Shown here: piece by piece, positions 28,379-38,471 of the stretch
Position numbering within the stretch: the first letter of the stretch is position 1
Layout of the letters: each line of letters starts with the position of its first letter
Origin: an uncultured Ruminococcus sp.
GTDB lineage: Bacteria > Bacillota > Clostridia > Oscillospirales > Ruminococcaceae
DNA length: 64,000 bases
Direction of reading: 5' to 3'
NCBI GenBank assembly: GCA_902786965.1
Contig: CADAEJ010000006.1
Coordinates: 25,805 to 89,804, forward strand
Translations under genes and position numbers: made by a program
The notes under the pieces: model-generated
The model's database searches: none
Seen by the model: the letters and a program-made list of their open reading frames with translations, nothing else
Told to the model about the DNA's origin: nothing

Positions 28379-28942
28379 TCAGAATGATGATTCAAGGCTG
28401 CTGTCAAGAGAGGATATCGCCTTGATAATGAAATCGTTCGGCTCGCGGAAATCCTCAAGCACCCACTTTGATATCACGGCAAGGCAGCCCTGTGCACGGT
28501 AACAGCTGATGTATTCGAGCTTTTTATCGTTTATATCAGCCTTGAGCTTTTCTGTCTGTATCTGTCTGAAAACGCCCTCAATAAGCTTGTTCAGCTTGTA
28601 TCGCAGCTGACCTGTCGCGTTGGGGCTGAATATCATCTTGAAGATAGTGCGGTTGTCGTTGATGTACTCGATGATATGCTTGAAAAACTCCTGCGCGGGC
28701 AGCTCTTCAAGCTGAAGTACCAGCAGACCAAGCTCAACAAGAGTGTTTTCCTCTATTTTGTCATAAAGGTCATATACGTCAAGAAAGTGATTGTAGAAAG
28801 TAACTCTGTTGACCTGTGCCTTGTCACTTATCTCCTGAACAGTTACCTTGTGCAGCTGCTTTTCTGTAAGCAGTTCTGCAAGCGCATCGAACAATGCCTT
28901 TCTTGTCCTTTGTGTGCGGCGGTCGGGTGCTTTTTCACTCAT
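28379..28942 (-). CDS. TetR/AcrR-family transcriptional regulator
   Basis: N-terminal HTH RTRKALFDALAELL...VTVQEISDKAQVNRVTFYNHF. Start moved to ATG 28942 (GAGG RBS). Confidence 0.85.
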   Translation of the reverse strand: MSEKAPDRRTQRTRKALFDALAELLTEKQLHKVTVQEISDKAQVNRVTFYNHFLDVYDLYDKIEENTLVELGLLVLQLEELPAQEFFKHIIEYINDNRTIFKMIFSPNATGQLRYKLNKLIEGVFRQIQTEKLKADINDKKLEYISCYRAQGCLAVISKWVLEDFREPNDFIIKAISSLDSSLESSF

Positions 28943-29180
28943 TGATATTACCTCGCTTTTAATCTTTTTAATAAGTATAACATAATAAGTCGAGCTTTGC
29001 AATATCCTGAACGAATTTTTTTGTGCCGCTTTTTTTACAATCGAACACGATATGTAGCATAAACTACAGATAGTCGGGAAGATGTAGTATATACAACATC
29101 GTCTAAACCCATTGTCTATTGTATTTTTCACTATTTTTTGGTATCATAAGTTCAACAAAGATAATAAAGGAGATACTAAA

Positions 29181-29705
29181 ATGGATGATCTTGAAATAAC
29201 AAAAAAATCAAATATAAAGACCGCAGCTGTCTTTTTTGCGGTCATCGCAATACTGGCGTGTATAATGGGATATGCTATTCTTACAGCATCAGCGGCGCAT
29301 ATATCCGGTGCACCCGTCAGATTGGCAAACACTGTAAGTAATTGCGAAAACAAAATGAACGTCAATAAGAAGTTCAGACAAGGGTTTTTCTATGATGCAG
29401 GCAGCGGAAAAGTATCGCTTGGCATCGTCAAGCTGGACGATAAGACTTTCAGCTGTGAGGTGACCAAAGCAGGCGAAAGAGGACAGTGCATTTCCTACAG
29501 CTTTACCGCAGAATGTGACGGCGAAACACTTATCTACAAAAACGGCACACAAAGCGCCGTCAAGCGTGACGATAAAGGCAACCTGATCCGCAAAGAGCCG
29601 ATCAGCTCCAACCAATGCGGAAAATTCACAATGACCGATAATGGTATCCAATGGAATGATACCGACGGTACGTCAATGCTCTTTGTGAACGATGAAAAAA
29701 AGTAA
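29181..29705 (+). CDS. hypothetical membrane-anchored extracytoplasmic protein (174 aa)
   Basis: ATG 29181 follows AAGGAG. Has a signal-anchor TM (TAAVFFAVIAILACIMGYAILTASAA) followed by a ~130-aa Cys-containing domain. Divergent from the TetR gene. Confidence 0.6.
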   Translation: MDDLEITKKSNIKTAAVFFAVIAILACIMGYAILTASAAHISGAPVRLANTVSNCENKMNVNKKFRQGFFYDAGSGKVSLGIVKLDDKTFSCEVTKAGERGQCISYSFTAECDGETLIYKNGTQSAVKRDDKGNLIRKEPISSNQCGKFTMTDNGIQWNDTDGTSMLFVNDEKK

Positions 29706-29711
29706 TACAGC

Positions 29712-29742
29712 AAAGCCCGTGTAAAATGCGCGGGCTTTTTTG
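29712..29742 (+). terminator. intrinsic terminator
   Basis: AAGCCCG...CGGGCTT stem followed by TTTTTG. Confidence 0.75.
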
Positions 29743-29840
29743 TTTGTAAATTGTAATACTTTTGATATAAATAAACCCTTTACTTTTGATGTGATAACCG
29801 CTATTATAGTATAAACGACCGTGTGATCGGGGGCGATGGT

Positions 29841-30545
29841 ATGAATTCAGAGCGTCTTGGCAGAATGAAAAAGTATATTGCCGATATCTTTTTGCCGAAC
29901 CGCTGTCCCGTCTGTTCAAAGCTGATAACCTGGGATAAGCTTTTGTGCCCGAAGTGCGAGAAAAAACTCCTGCCGACAGATGACGAGCCATGTACCGACC
30001 ATTTACAGATCAGCTGTGATGATCGCATTACGCTCTTTTACTACGAGCAGCCGCTTATCAACGCAATATATGCCCTTAAACACCGCAAAGCGTTCGGTCT
30101 CGCCGAGTACAGTGCAGCCCTTATGAAACAAAAGCTCGAAAAGCAAAGCCTTTGTGAACAGATCGACCTCGTTGCCTGCGTGCCGATGTCAAAGAAAAAG
30201 CTGAAAAAGCGCAGATATAATCAGGCGGCGGTGATAGCAAAGCACCTGTCCGCAGTACTTGAAAAGCCGCTTGATGCGCACCTGCTCACGCATTTGCCTA
30301 CACTCACCGAGCATCATAAGCTTTCAAGGGAGGATAGGATAAAAGACGCGCAGGAAAGCTATTTCCCAAACCCGAAGCATAGCAGTATCAGCGGTAAAAC
30401 AGTCCTCTTGTGCGATGATGTGTATACAACGGGCGCAACAGTCAATGCCTGCGCAAAGTGCCTTAAAGATATGGGCGCAAAGAAAGTCATCGCAGCCTGC
30501 ATAGCTTACACAAAGCCAGCAGAAACGCACAATAAAGAAAGTTAG
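29841..30545 (+). CDS. comFC: ComF-family protein (ComFC, phosphoribosyltransferase-like)
   Basis: N-terminal zinc-finger CPVC...CPKC and PRT motif VLLCDDVYTTGAT. Confidence 0.8.
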   Translation: MNSERLGRMKKYIADIFLPNRCPVCSKLITWDKLLCPKCEKKLLPTDDEPCTDHLQISCDDRITLFYYEQPLINAIYALKHRKAFGLAEYSAALMKQKLEKQSLCEQIDLVACVPMSKKKLKKRRYNQAAVIAKHLSAVLEKPLDAHLLTHLPTLTEHHKLSREDRIKDAQESYFPNPKHSSISGKTVLLCDDVYTTGATVNACAKCLKDMGAKKVIAACIAYTKPAETHNKES

Positions 30546-30659
30546 AACAAACTAACTCTAAAAAATCTGTTAAGGGCTTGAAAATCGGGAACTTATGTGA
30601 TATAATAAATTGAATAGGTATTGCCAAATTATTCGCATTGCGGTAAAAGGAGTGGTATC

Positions 30660-31010
30660 ATGATAAAGTATAAGAACCATCTTGGAACTATCGGCATCTC
30701 AACAGCGTATTTAAGACAGCTTATCTCAAATACTGCGGAAAGCTGCTTCGGCGTAGCAGGACTTAATGCCTACGGCGCAAAACAAGGCGTTATCGCTATG
30801 CTTAAAAAAGAAAACACAACCAGAGGCGTTATAATCCGTCAGGAAGGCGAGCAGCTGGTCGTGGATCTGCATATAACAGTAAATTATGGTGTAAATGTTG
30901 GCGCCATCGTCGAAAGCATAATACATAAGGTCACCTATGTCCTGCAGGAGCAGGCTGGTGTCAGCGTAAAATCCGTAAATGTCTTTATCGACGAAATGAT
31001 CAACAACTGA
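30660..31010 (+). CDS. Asp23/Gls24-family envelope stress protein (YloU-like)
   Basis: 116 aa, family-like pattern. AAGGAG RBS. Precedes the DAK2 gene, as in yloU-yloV. Confidence 0.75.
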   Translation: MIKYKNHLGTIGISTAYLRQLISNTAESCFGVAGLNAYGAKQGVIAMLKKENTTRGVIIRQEGEQLVVDLHITVNYGVNVGAIVESIIHKVTYVLQEQAGVSVKSVNVFIDEMINN

Positions 31011-31028
31011 TGACTGGAGGAAGACCCC

Positions 31029-32639
31029 GTGATAGAAGGAAGTATGCTTCGTGACGCATTTATAAGTGCGGCACACAGTATTGCAAATCAGAAAAAATCC
31101 GTGGACGAGCTGAACGTTTTCCCTGTGCCAGACGGCGATACGGGAACAAATATGTCTATGACCATAGGCAACGCTCTTCCCGAGCTTAATAAGATGAAGA
31201 ATGACGTTGACTGTTCAGAGGTCACAAAAGTAATGGCTTCTGCACTTCTGCGCGGCGCAAGAGGTAACTCTGGAGTTATCCTCTCGCTTATATTCAGAGG
31301 CTTCTCAAAGGGACTTTCGGGCAAGCAGACTATGTCCGCAGAGGATCTCGTAGTAAGCCTTGAAAACGGCGTTCGCGGCGCGTATAAATCGGTAATGAAG
31401 CCGACCGAGGGTACCATACTCACAGTCGTAAGGGAATCAGCCGAAAAGGCAAGAGAGGCTCTGCATTCGACCAATGACCCCTGCGCGATAATGGACGAGG
31501 TCTGCACGCAGGCTGCAAAATCGCTGGAGGAAACTCCAAAGCTGCTGCCCGCACTTGCAAAAGCAGGCGTTGTCGATGCAGGCGGAAAAGGCTTGCTCAT
31601 CATCTTTGAGGCAATCAGAGATGTGTTTGACGGCGGCGAGATAGTCCAGGCTGAAAAGGCTGAAAAGAAAAAGATAACTGTCGAAACTTTCGCATCAGCA
31701 GTTGGCGAGTTTGACCAGGAAATACACTTTACTTACTGTACGGAAATGCTCATCACCAAGAAAAAGGACTGCGCAGATCCGTCAAAGCTGCGCGCATATC
31801 TTGAAACGATAGGCGACTGCGTTGTCGTTGTTGACGATGACGAGATAATCAAGGTACACGTACATACCAACGACCCGGGTAAAGCGATCCAGAAAGGCCT
31901 TGAGTTCGGTTATATCAACCTTCCCAAGATCGAGGCAAAGCAGCAGGAGGTCAAGCAGCAGTTTGTCCCCGCGAAGCCCGAAAAACAGTACGGCTTTGTA
32001 GCTGTCGCAGCAGGCAACGGCATCGAGGCTATGTTCAGAGATGTCGGCGTTGACTGCATCGTTAAGGGCGGTCAGACAATGAACCCATCCACCGAGGATA
32101 TCCTCGCAGCTATCGAATCCTGCCCTGCGGAGATAGTTTTCGTGCTGCCGAACAATAAGAATATCATAATGGCTGCCGAGCAGGCTGTGAAGCTCGCCGA
32201 CAGAAAGGTATGCGTGCTTCAGACAAGGACCATTCCGCAGGGAATGTCAGCGATGCTCGCGTTTGATGCCGATGCCGATTTCAATACCAACCGCAAGGAA
32301 ATGACAGCCGCACTTGAAAGAGTATCCACAGGTTCTGTCACCTTTGCCGCAAGAGACAGCGACTTTGAGGGTCACGCTATCAAAAAAGGCGAGATACTTT
32401 GTATGGAAAACGGCAAGCTCGCATTTGTTGAAAGAGATCTGTCAAAGGCTGCCTATAAGCTCACCAAAAAGCTTGTCAAGGGAGATTCTGCGTTCATCAC
32501 CATTCTCTACGGTGCAGATGTTACCGACGAAGCTGCCGAGGCGCTGTACAAGCAGGTGAGCGCCAAGTTCACAAACCTTGATGTCAACCTTATCAACGGC
32601 GGTCAGCCTGTCTACTACTACTACATTTCAGTTGAATAA
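31029..32639 (+). CDS. DAK2 domain-containing protein (YloV-like)
   Basis: VFPVPDGDTGTNM DAK2 motif. 536 aa. GTG start follows GGAGG. Confidence 0.85.
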   Translation: MIEGSMLRDAFISAAHSIANQKKSVDELNVFPVPDGDTGTNMSMTIGNALPELNKMKNDVDCSEVTKVMASALLRGARGNSGVILSLIFRGFSKGLSGKQTMSAEDLVVSLENGVRGAYKSVMKPTEGTILTVVRESAEKAREALHSTNDPCAIMDEVCTQAAKSLEETPKLLPALAKAGVVDAGGKGLLIIFEAIRDVFDGGEIVQAEKAEKKKITVETFASAVGEFDQEIHFTYCTEMLITKKKDCADPSKLRAYLETIGDCVVVVDDDEIIKVHVHTNDPGKAIQKGLEFGYINLPKIEAKQQEVKQQFVPAKPEKQYGFVAVAAGNGIEAMFRDVGVDCIVKGGQTMNPSTEDILAAIESCPAEIVFVLPNNKNIIMAAEQAVKLADRKVCVLQTRTIPQGMSAMLAFDADADFNTNRKEMTAALERVSTGSVTFAARDSDFEGHAIKKGEILCMENGKLAFVERDLSKAAYKLTKKLVKGDSAFITILYGADVTDEAAEALYKQVSAKFTNLDVNLINGGQPVYYYYISVE

Positions 32640-32643
32640 AAAT

Positions 32644-32677
32644 AAAGAACTGTACAAATTTCTGTACAGTTCTTTTC
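32644..32677. terminator. bidirectional terminator between yloV-like gene and metA
   Basis: AGAACTGTACA / TGTACAGTTCT perfect 11-bp stem flanked by A and T runs. Confidence 0.8.
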
Positions 32678-32679
32678 TT

Positions 32680-33603
32680 TTACTTGTATTTTTCAAGCTC
32701 GGACAGATCATACGGAGTCTTCTGATATACGCAGTAGTTGAGCCAGTTCGCGTATGCCAGATTAGCCGAGCAAGCCCAGTCAAAATTCGGTGTCTTCGTA
32801 ACATCGTCATTCGGGAAATAATGCTGCGGCATATCTATCTTCAGCTTGCGGTCAAGGTCGCGGAAATATTCCTTTGCAAGCGTGTCGCGGTCATATTCCC
32901 AGTGCCCGAAAATGTAGTAATTTCGCTCGGACTTGTCTGCAAGCATATGCAGACCTGCCTCCTTGGACTCTGTGAGTATCACAAGGTCATCGACCTTTTC
33001 TACATCTTCCTTGCGGACCTCGGTGTGACGCGAGTGCGGACAGTGGAACGTGTCACCAAAACCCTTCAGTATCGGGTGCTTGCGCTTCAGATTGCGGTGC
33101 CTGAAATCACCGAACATCTTGTTTTTAAGCTGGTATTTGGGTATGCCGTAGTGGTAGTATAGCCCTGCCTGTGCGCCCCAGCAAATGTGTATCGTCGAGA
33201 AAACATTCGTCTTTGACCATTCAAAGACCTCACAAAGCTCGTCCCAGTAGTCGACCTGCTCAAAATCCATAAGCTCAACGGGCGCACCCGTGATGATAAG
33301 TCCGTCGTATCGGTTCTGCCTTATCTCTTCAAACCCCTTGTAGAAAGCAAGCATATGCTCCTGCGAGGTGTTCTTTGAAACGTGGTTCATCTGCACAAGG
33401 TCAATGTCAACGTGCAGGGGAGTGTTGCTCAAAAGCCGCAAAAGCTGCGTTTCCGTAGATATCTTGTCAGGCATCAGATTGACAATGGCTATCTTCAGCG
33501 CGCGTATATCCTGATGCAAAGCTCTCTCGTTGCCAATGACAAATATATTCTCGTCCTCAAGCGTCTGGAACGCAGGGAGGTCGTTAGGTATCTTGATAGG
33601 CAT
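32680..33603 (-). CDS. metA: homoserine O-acyltransferase (MetA family)
   Basis: MPIKIPNDLPA N-terminus and active-site region HICWGAQAGLYYHYG. Confidence 0.9.
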   Translation of the reverse strand: MPIKIPNDLPAFQTLEDENIFVIGNERALHQDIRALKIAIVNLMPDKISTETQLLRLLSNTPLHVDIDLVQMNHVSKNTSQEHMLAFYKGFEEIRQNRYDGLIITGAPVELMDFEQVDYWDELCEVFEWSKTNVFSTIHICWGAQAGLYYHYGIPKYQLKNKMFGDFRHRNLKRKHPILKGFGDTFHCPHSRHTEVRKEDVEKVDDLVILTESKEAGLHMLADKSERNYYIFGHWEYDRDTLAKEYFRDLDRKLKIDMPQHYFPNDDVTKTPNFDWACSANLAYANWLNYCVYQKTPYDLSELEKYK

Positions 33604-33823
33604 GCATATCCCGCCTTTCTTTGATATTCTGAAAGTCCATTATAGCACTTTTTTGTGCCGAATGCAACCCCTGCGCACGCTGATTTCATAAAATGTTAAA
33701 CATAGCGGGCGCTAAATGAAAATAATCTGCAAAATTCAAAAAAAGTTATTGCTATTTGCTGAAAAATAGTTTATAATAGAAAAGGTTATTTTAATGACAA
33801 TAATCGAAAAGGAGTTTGTGGAA

Positions 33824-35071
33824 ATGAAAATTCTTGACACTATCGGATTTGTTGAGGGCTTTGACCCCGAGGTTGGTAATGCAATGGCTGCCGAGCTTGC
33901 AAGACAAAAGAGAAATCTTGAGCTTATCGCAAGCGAGAACATCGTATCACCTGCCGTTATGGCAGCTATGGGCAGCGCGCTCACCAACAAGTATGCAGAG
34001 GGCTATCCCTCAAAGAGATACTACGGCGGCTGCGAGTGCGTTGACGTTGTAGAAAACATCGCTATCGACAGAGCGTGCAAGCTGTTCGGCTGCAAGTTCG
34101 CAAATGTTCAGCCGCATTCGGGCGCACAGGCTAATATGGCTGTTTATTTCGCACTCTGCGATGTCGGCGATACCATTATGGGTATGAGCCTTGACGCAGG
34201 CGGACACCTCACACACGGTTCACCTGTAAATATGAGTGGTAAGAACTATAACTTTGTTCCTTACGGCCTTACCGATGACGGCTATATCAACTATGACCAG
34301 CTTGAAAAGCTCGCAAAGGAGAATAAGCCTAAGCTTATCGTAGCAGGTGCTTCTGCTTATCCGAGAGTTATAGATTTTGAGAGGATCTCAAACGTTGCCA
34401 AGGAAGTCGGCGCATACTTCATGGTAGATATGGCACATATCGCAGGACTTGTTGCTGCAGGTATGCACCCATCACCGATCCCGTATGCAGACGTTGTTAC
34501 AACAACTACTCACAAAACTCTGCGCGGACCAAGAGGCGGTATGATACTCACCAACAGCGAGGAGCTTGCAAAGAAGTTCAATAAGGCTATCTTCCCGGGT
34601 ACACAGGGCGGCCCGCTTATGCACGTTATCGCAGGCAAGGCTGTATGTCTTGGTGAGGCTCTCAAGCCCGAGTTCAAGGAGTACGGCAAGCAGATAGTCG
34701 CAAATGCAGATGCTCTTGCAAAGGGACTTCTCAAGAGAGGCTTTGACCTCGTTTCAGGCGGTACTGATAACCACCTTATGCTCGTTGACCTGCGCCCGTT
34801 CAACGTAACAGGCAAGGAGCTTGAAAAGAAGCTTGACGAGGTGTTCATCACAGTCAATAAGAACGCTATCCCCAACGACCCGCAGAGCCCGTTCATCACA
34901 AGCGGCGTTCGTATCGGTACACCTGCCGTTACTACAAGAGGTCTTGTTGAGGAGGATATGGAGCTTATCGCAGAGTACATCTACCTCACAGCTTCTGATT
35001 TCGAGAACAGCGCCGATAAGATCAGAGCAGGCGTTAACGAGATCTGCAAGAAGTACCCACTGTACGAATAA
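33824..35071 (+). CDS. glyA: serine hydroxymethyltransferase
   Basis: LIASENxxS and PLP-lysine motif [14 protein letters not shown]. Start at ATG 33824 after AGGAG. Confidence 0.95.
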   Translation: MKILDTIGFVEGFDPEVGNAMAAELARQKRNLELIASENIVSPAVMAAMGSALTNKYAEGYPSKRYYGGCECVDVVENIAIDRACKLFGCKFANVQPHSGAQANMAVYFALCDVGDTIMGMSLDAGGHLTHGSPVNMSGKNYNFVPYGLTDDGYINYDQLEKLAKENKPKLIVAGASAYPRVIDFERISNVAKEVGAYFMVDMAHIAGLVAAGMHPSPIPYADVVTTTTHKTLRGPRGGMILTNSEELAKKFNKAIFPGTQGGPLMHVIAGKAVCLGEALKPEFKEYGKQIVANADALAKGLLKRGFDLVSGGTDNHLMLVDLRPFNVTGKELEKKLDEVFITVNKNAIPNDPQSPFITSGVRIGTPAVTTRGLVEEDMELIAEYIYLTASDFENSADKIRAGVNEICKKYPLYE

Positions 35072-35089
35072 ATTAAACATATTATCAAT

Positions 35090-35120
35090 AAGGGGACACA
35101 TTTCTGTCCTCTTATTTTTA
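35090..35120 (+). terminator. intrinsic terminator after glyA
   Basis: AGGGGACA / TGTCCTCT stem followed by TATTTTTA. Confidence 0.65.
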
Positions 35121-35215
35121 TGTCGGTTTTGCGTGATATGGTGTTGACAAATAAAGAAAAATGTGCTATCATCATAATACATCTATTAAAGATATTAAAC
35201 AACTGAAAGGATGTT

Positions 35216-36049
35216 ATGATGACCTCGTACTGTTACCCTGTATGCAGCGATACCAAATCATTGCCTGTCTGCGTGAGCGGCGTGGGCGTGAGAGAGCTTG
35301 ACGGCATCGTCCGCAGAGAAACGGGATATGCCTACCACCAGCTTTTTATATGCAGCGAAGGCAGCGGAAAGATATCTGCGGCAAATAAGCGCTGCAACGT
35401 GCTTCCGGGCGACTTTGTGTATATCCCCGCAGGCACTGCGCACGAGTTTATCCCGACCGATACAAGATGGCAGCTTATCGGCGTTGACCTCGATGGCAGC
35501 AGCATCGAAACACTTCTTGAAAGCATCAAGCTTACAAAGCTGCGCTGCGAAAAATTGAGCGACCACGAAACTCCCGCAAGGAAAATGCTCGCCATCATGA
35601 ATACCGTCAGAGAGGGCGGCAATGCCGTTGTCAGCGACAGCTCCGCACTTGCTTACGACCTGCTCATGCAGCTGCACAAGCAGATAAATATCGAGTCCGA
35701 AACGTCTGACGGACAAAAGTTCGCACAGCTTGCCCCTGTTATTGATTTCGTCGAGGGCAACTACCAGTCCGACCTTTCGCTTGATAAGCTGTCCGCGATC
35801 ATTGACGTTTCTCCGCAGTATCTTTGCAGACTTTTCAAAGACTGCTATGCTATGCGCCCGTTCGAGTATCTCGCCAAAAGGCGTATCCAGAAAGCGAAAC
35901 TTATGCTTGTCCAGGATAAGTATACCGTCAATGAGATAGCGCAGATAGTCGGCTATAACGATTGCAGCTATTTCTGCAGCGTGTTCAAAAAGCACGAGGG
36001 CATCTCTCCGGCAGAGTTCAGGGCTGTCAACTGTACCTGCGATAAATAA
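35216..36049 (+). CDS. AraC-family transcriptional regulator (cupin + HTH)
   Basis: C-terminal AraC HTH LSAIIDVSPQYLCRLFK...GYNDCSYFCSVFKKHEGISPAEFR. Confidence 0.85.
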   Translation: MMTSYCYPVCSDTKSLPVCVSGVGVRELDGIVRRETGYAYHQLFICSEGSGKISAANKRCNVLPGDFVYIPAGTAHEFIPTDTRWQLIGVDLDGSSIETLLESIKLTKLRCEKLSDHETPARKMLAIMNTVREGGNAVVSDSSALAYDLLMQLHKQINIESETSDGQKFAQLAPVIDFVEGNYQSDLSLDKLSAIIDVSPQYLCRLFKDCYAMRPFEYLAKRRIQKAKLMLVQDKYTVNEIAQIVGYNDCSYFCSVFKKHEGISPAEFRAVNCTCDK

Positions 36050-36058
36050 AAACTGCGC

Positions 36059-36087
36059 TTGACAATCGCTTTCAAGTGATGTATAAT
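36059..36087 (+). promoter_or_regulatory. consensus sigma-A promoter of tRNA-Leu
   Basis: TTGACA (36059-36064), 17 nt spacer, TATAAT (36082-36087). The tRNA starts 15 nt downstream. Confidence 0.7.
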
Positions 36088-36101
36088 AATCAAGTCGGTC
36101 A

Positions 36102-36185
36102 GCCGCTGTGGCGGAACAGGCAGACGCAAGGGACTTAAAATCCCTCGGTAGAAATACCGTACCGGTTCGACCCCGGTCAGCGGCA
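36102..36185 (+). tRNA. tRNA-Leu (anticodon UAA), no encoded CCA
   Basis: Folded by hand. Acceptor GCCGCTG/CAGCGGC with discriminator A. Anticodon stem AGGGA/TCCCT with loop CTTAAAA. Long variable arm CGGTA-GAAA-TACCG. T arm ACCGG-TTCGACC-CCGGT. Confidence 0.9.
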
Positions 36186-36186
36186 T

Positions 36187-36220
36187 AGAGAATGTGGTTT
36201 TTTCCGCATTCTCTTTTTTT
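36187..36220 (+). terminator. intrinsic terminator after tRNA-Leu
   Basis: AGAGAATG / CATTCTCT stem followed by TTTTTTT. Confidence 0.75.
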
Positions 36221-36366
36221 GTGCCCCGGCAGATGATCGCTTTTGTCCCGTACCTTAAATTGCGTGATTTTTCGGACTTTTCGCATACCCGTGCTAATAA
36301 TTTAACAAAATTCGATTTTGCGCCCGAAAGCTATTGTGCAATAATACGAAAAAACGCTTGAAAAGG

Positions 36367-36395
36367 TTGACATTATGGCGCTTTTGTAGTATCAT
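36367..36395 (+). promoter_or_regulatory. candidate promoter of the glycan operon
   Basis: TTGACA (36367-36372), 17 nt spacer, TATCAT (36390-36395). It leaves a leader of about 105 nt. Confidence 0.5.
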
Positions 36396-36507
36396 TATAT
36401 CGTGATGTGTTGTGCCCGTATGCAGTTTTTGACAAGGCATTATATGGGCGCGATACAAAGGGGAATAAATCAAAAATGAATTGAGACAATAATTGTAGGA
36501 TTGGATA

Positions 36508-37722
36508 ATGATAACTATGAAAGTACCGTTTTCTCCACCGGATATAACACAGGCAGAGATAGATGAAGTAGTACAGGCTCTGCGCTCGGGCTGGATAACC
36601 ACAGGCCCGAGAACAAAACAGTTTGAAAAGAACATAGCAGACTATGTAGGAACAAAAATGGCTTGCTGCCTTAATTCGCAGACAGCGTGTGCAGAGCTTG
36701 CACTCAGGCTGCTCGGCGTAGGCGAGGGCGATGAGGTAATAACAACAGCATATACATATACCGCATCAGCATCGGTCGTGTGCCACGTCGGCGCAAAGCT
36801 TGTGCTTGTCGATACACAGAAAAACAGTCTTGAAATGGACTACGATGCTCTTGAAAATGCGGTAAATGAACGCACAAAGGTGATAATCCCCGTAGATGTT
36901 GCGGGCATCCCTTGCGATTATGATAAGGTTTTTGACATCGTCGAGCGCAAAAAGAGCCTTTTCAGACCGTCAAATGTCATTCAGAAAGCAATTGGCAGAG
37001 TATCTGTCAATGCCGATACCGCGCATTCGCTCGGCGCATCGAGAAAAGGCGTTAAAACAGGCGCTATCGGCGATTTCAGCGCGTTCAGCTTCCACGCCGT
37101 AAAGAACCTTACCACCGCAGAGGGCGGAGCACTTACCTGGAAAACTATCGACGGCTTTGATGATGAGTCGATATATAAGCAGCTCCAGCTGTTCAGCCTG
37201 CACGGTCAGAGCAAAGATGCGCTTGCAAAATCAAAGCTCGGCGCGTGGGAGTATGATATAATCGGCACCTGGTATAAATGCAATATGACTGATATGGCTG
37301 CCGCTGTCGGACTTAAACAGCTCGAAAGATATGACAGCATACTCCAAAGGCGCAGGGATATCGTCAAGTACTATGATGAAAAACTCAAGCCGGCCGGCGT
37401 GAGAGTGCTTAAGCACTATACCGATGAGTATGAATCGTCAGGTCACCTTTACCTGACAAGAGTTCCGGGCATAACACCCGAGCAGAGAAATGAGATCATC
37501 ATAAAGCTTGCAGAGCTTGGCGTTGCAGCAAACGTCCATTATAAACCGCTGCCGATGTTTACAGCGTATAAAGAAATGGGATTTGATATCAAGGACTTCC
37601 CGAACGCTTATTCAAATTTTGAAAATGAGATAACATTGCCTCTGCATACCTGCCTTACCGATGAGCAGGTCGAGTATGTCGCAGACAGCTATGCAAAAAT
37701 TGTTAAGGAGTATATCCGTTGA
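36508..37722 (+). CDS. DegT/DnrJ/EryC1/StrS-family PLP sugar aminotransferase
   Basis: PLP-lysine motif SFHAVKNLTTAEGGAL. N-terminus PFSPPDITQAEIDEVVQALRSGWITTGP. ATG 36517 is an alternative start. Confidence 0.85.
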   Translation: MITMKVPFSPPDITQAEIDEVVQALRSGWITTGPRTKQFEKNIADYVGTKMACCLNSQTACAELALRLLGVGEGDEVITTAYTYTASASVVCHVGAKLVLVDTQKNSLEMDYDALENAVNERTKVIIPVDVAGIPCDYDKVFDIVERKKSLFRPSNVIQKAIGRVSVNADTAHSLGASRKGVKTGAIGDFSAFSFHAVKNLTTAEGGALTWKTIDGFDDESIYKQLQLFSLHGQSKDALAKSKLGAWEYDIIGTWYKCNMTDMAAAVGLKQLERYDSILQRRRDIVKYYDEKLKPAGVRVLKHYTDEYESSGHLYLTRVPGITPEQRNEIIIKLAELGVAANVHYKPLPMFTAYKEMGFDIKDFPNAYSNFENEITLPLHTCLTDEQVEYVADSYAKIVKEYIR

Positions 37723-38471
37723 AAAAATGGGAACAGCTGCCCGAGGATATGAAGACACCTCAGGTGCGAAAGTATTATAATATACTGCAAAAAAAACGTT
37801 TCAGCCTCGCGGCTAAAAGAGGATTCGATATCATCGTTTCGGCACTGATGCTGATACTGCTGTCACCTGTCTTTCTTGTGCTTGCCATAGCGATAAAGAA
37901 AGACTCCGAGGGCCCTGTCTTTTTCAGGCAGGAGAGAGTAACGCAGTATAAAAAGCATTTCCGTATATTCAAGTTCAGAACTATGGTCAATAATGCCGAT
38001 AAAATGGGTACCCAGGTAACAGTCGGCAACGACAGCAGGATCACAAAAGTCGGCAGTATGATAAGAAAGTTCAGGCTTGACGAGATCTGCCAGCTCATAG
38101 ACGTTTTCAGAGGTACGATGTCGTTTGTCGGCACAAGACCCGAAGTCCCCAAGTATGTTGACAAGTATACCCCCGAGATGAAAGCGACCCTGCTTCTGCC
38201 CGCGGGAGTGACCTCACAGGCAAGTATCTTCTATAAGGACGAGGACAAGCTGCTTGAAAACGCACAGGACGTAGATAAGACCTACGTCGAAAAGATCCTC
38301 CCCGAAAAAATGAAGTATAACCTCAAGGCTATCAAAGAGTTCAGCCTGCTGGGCGAACTGAAAATAATGCTTATGACCGTGCTTGCGGTCGCAGGTGTTG
38401 ACTTTGCCGAAAAGGAAAGATCAAAAAGTTCAAAGCGCAGACCGTGCGCAAGGAGAAAAGCTGATGTATAA
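37719..38471 (+). CDS. small (PglC/EpsL-type) polyprenyl-phosphate sugar-phosphate transferase
   Basis: KRGFDIIVSALMLILLSPVFLVLAIAIKKDSEGPVFFRQERV and DEICQLIDVFRGTMSFVGTRP, the Bac_transf pattern. TTG start overlaps the upstream stop; the exact start is uncertain. Confidence 0.85.
   Translation: MKKWEQLPEDMKTPQVRKYYNILQKKRFSLAAKRGFDIIVSALMLILLSPVFLVLAIAIKKDSEGPVFFRQERVTQYKKHFRIFKFRTMVNNADKMGTQVTVGNDSRITKVGSMIRKFRLDEICQLIDVFRGTMSFVGTRPEVPKYVDKYTPEMKATLLLPAGVTSQASIFYKDEDKLLENAQDVDKTYVEKILPEKMKYNLKAIKEFSLLGELKIMLMTVLAVAGVDFAEKERSKSSKRRPCARRKADV

Noticed and set aside
33604-33823. Expected SAM riboswitch or T-box upstream of metA (and similarly glyA, thrC, folD)
   Set aside because: The metA upstream region has only a TTGCAT-17-TATAAT promoter and a leader of about 35 nt. 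glyA and thrC have short leaders. I saw no T-box specifier or antiterminator, and no SAM-I-like conserved helices.
36233-36361. 42-codon ORF (MIAFVPYLKLRDFSDF...) between the tRNA-Leu terminator and the glycan-operon promoter
   Set aside because: It has no RBS, it lies upstream of the predicted promoter, and it has no recognisable features.
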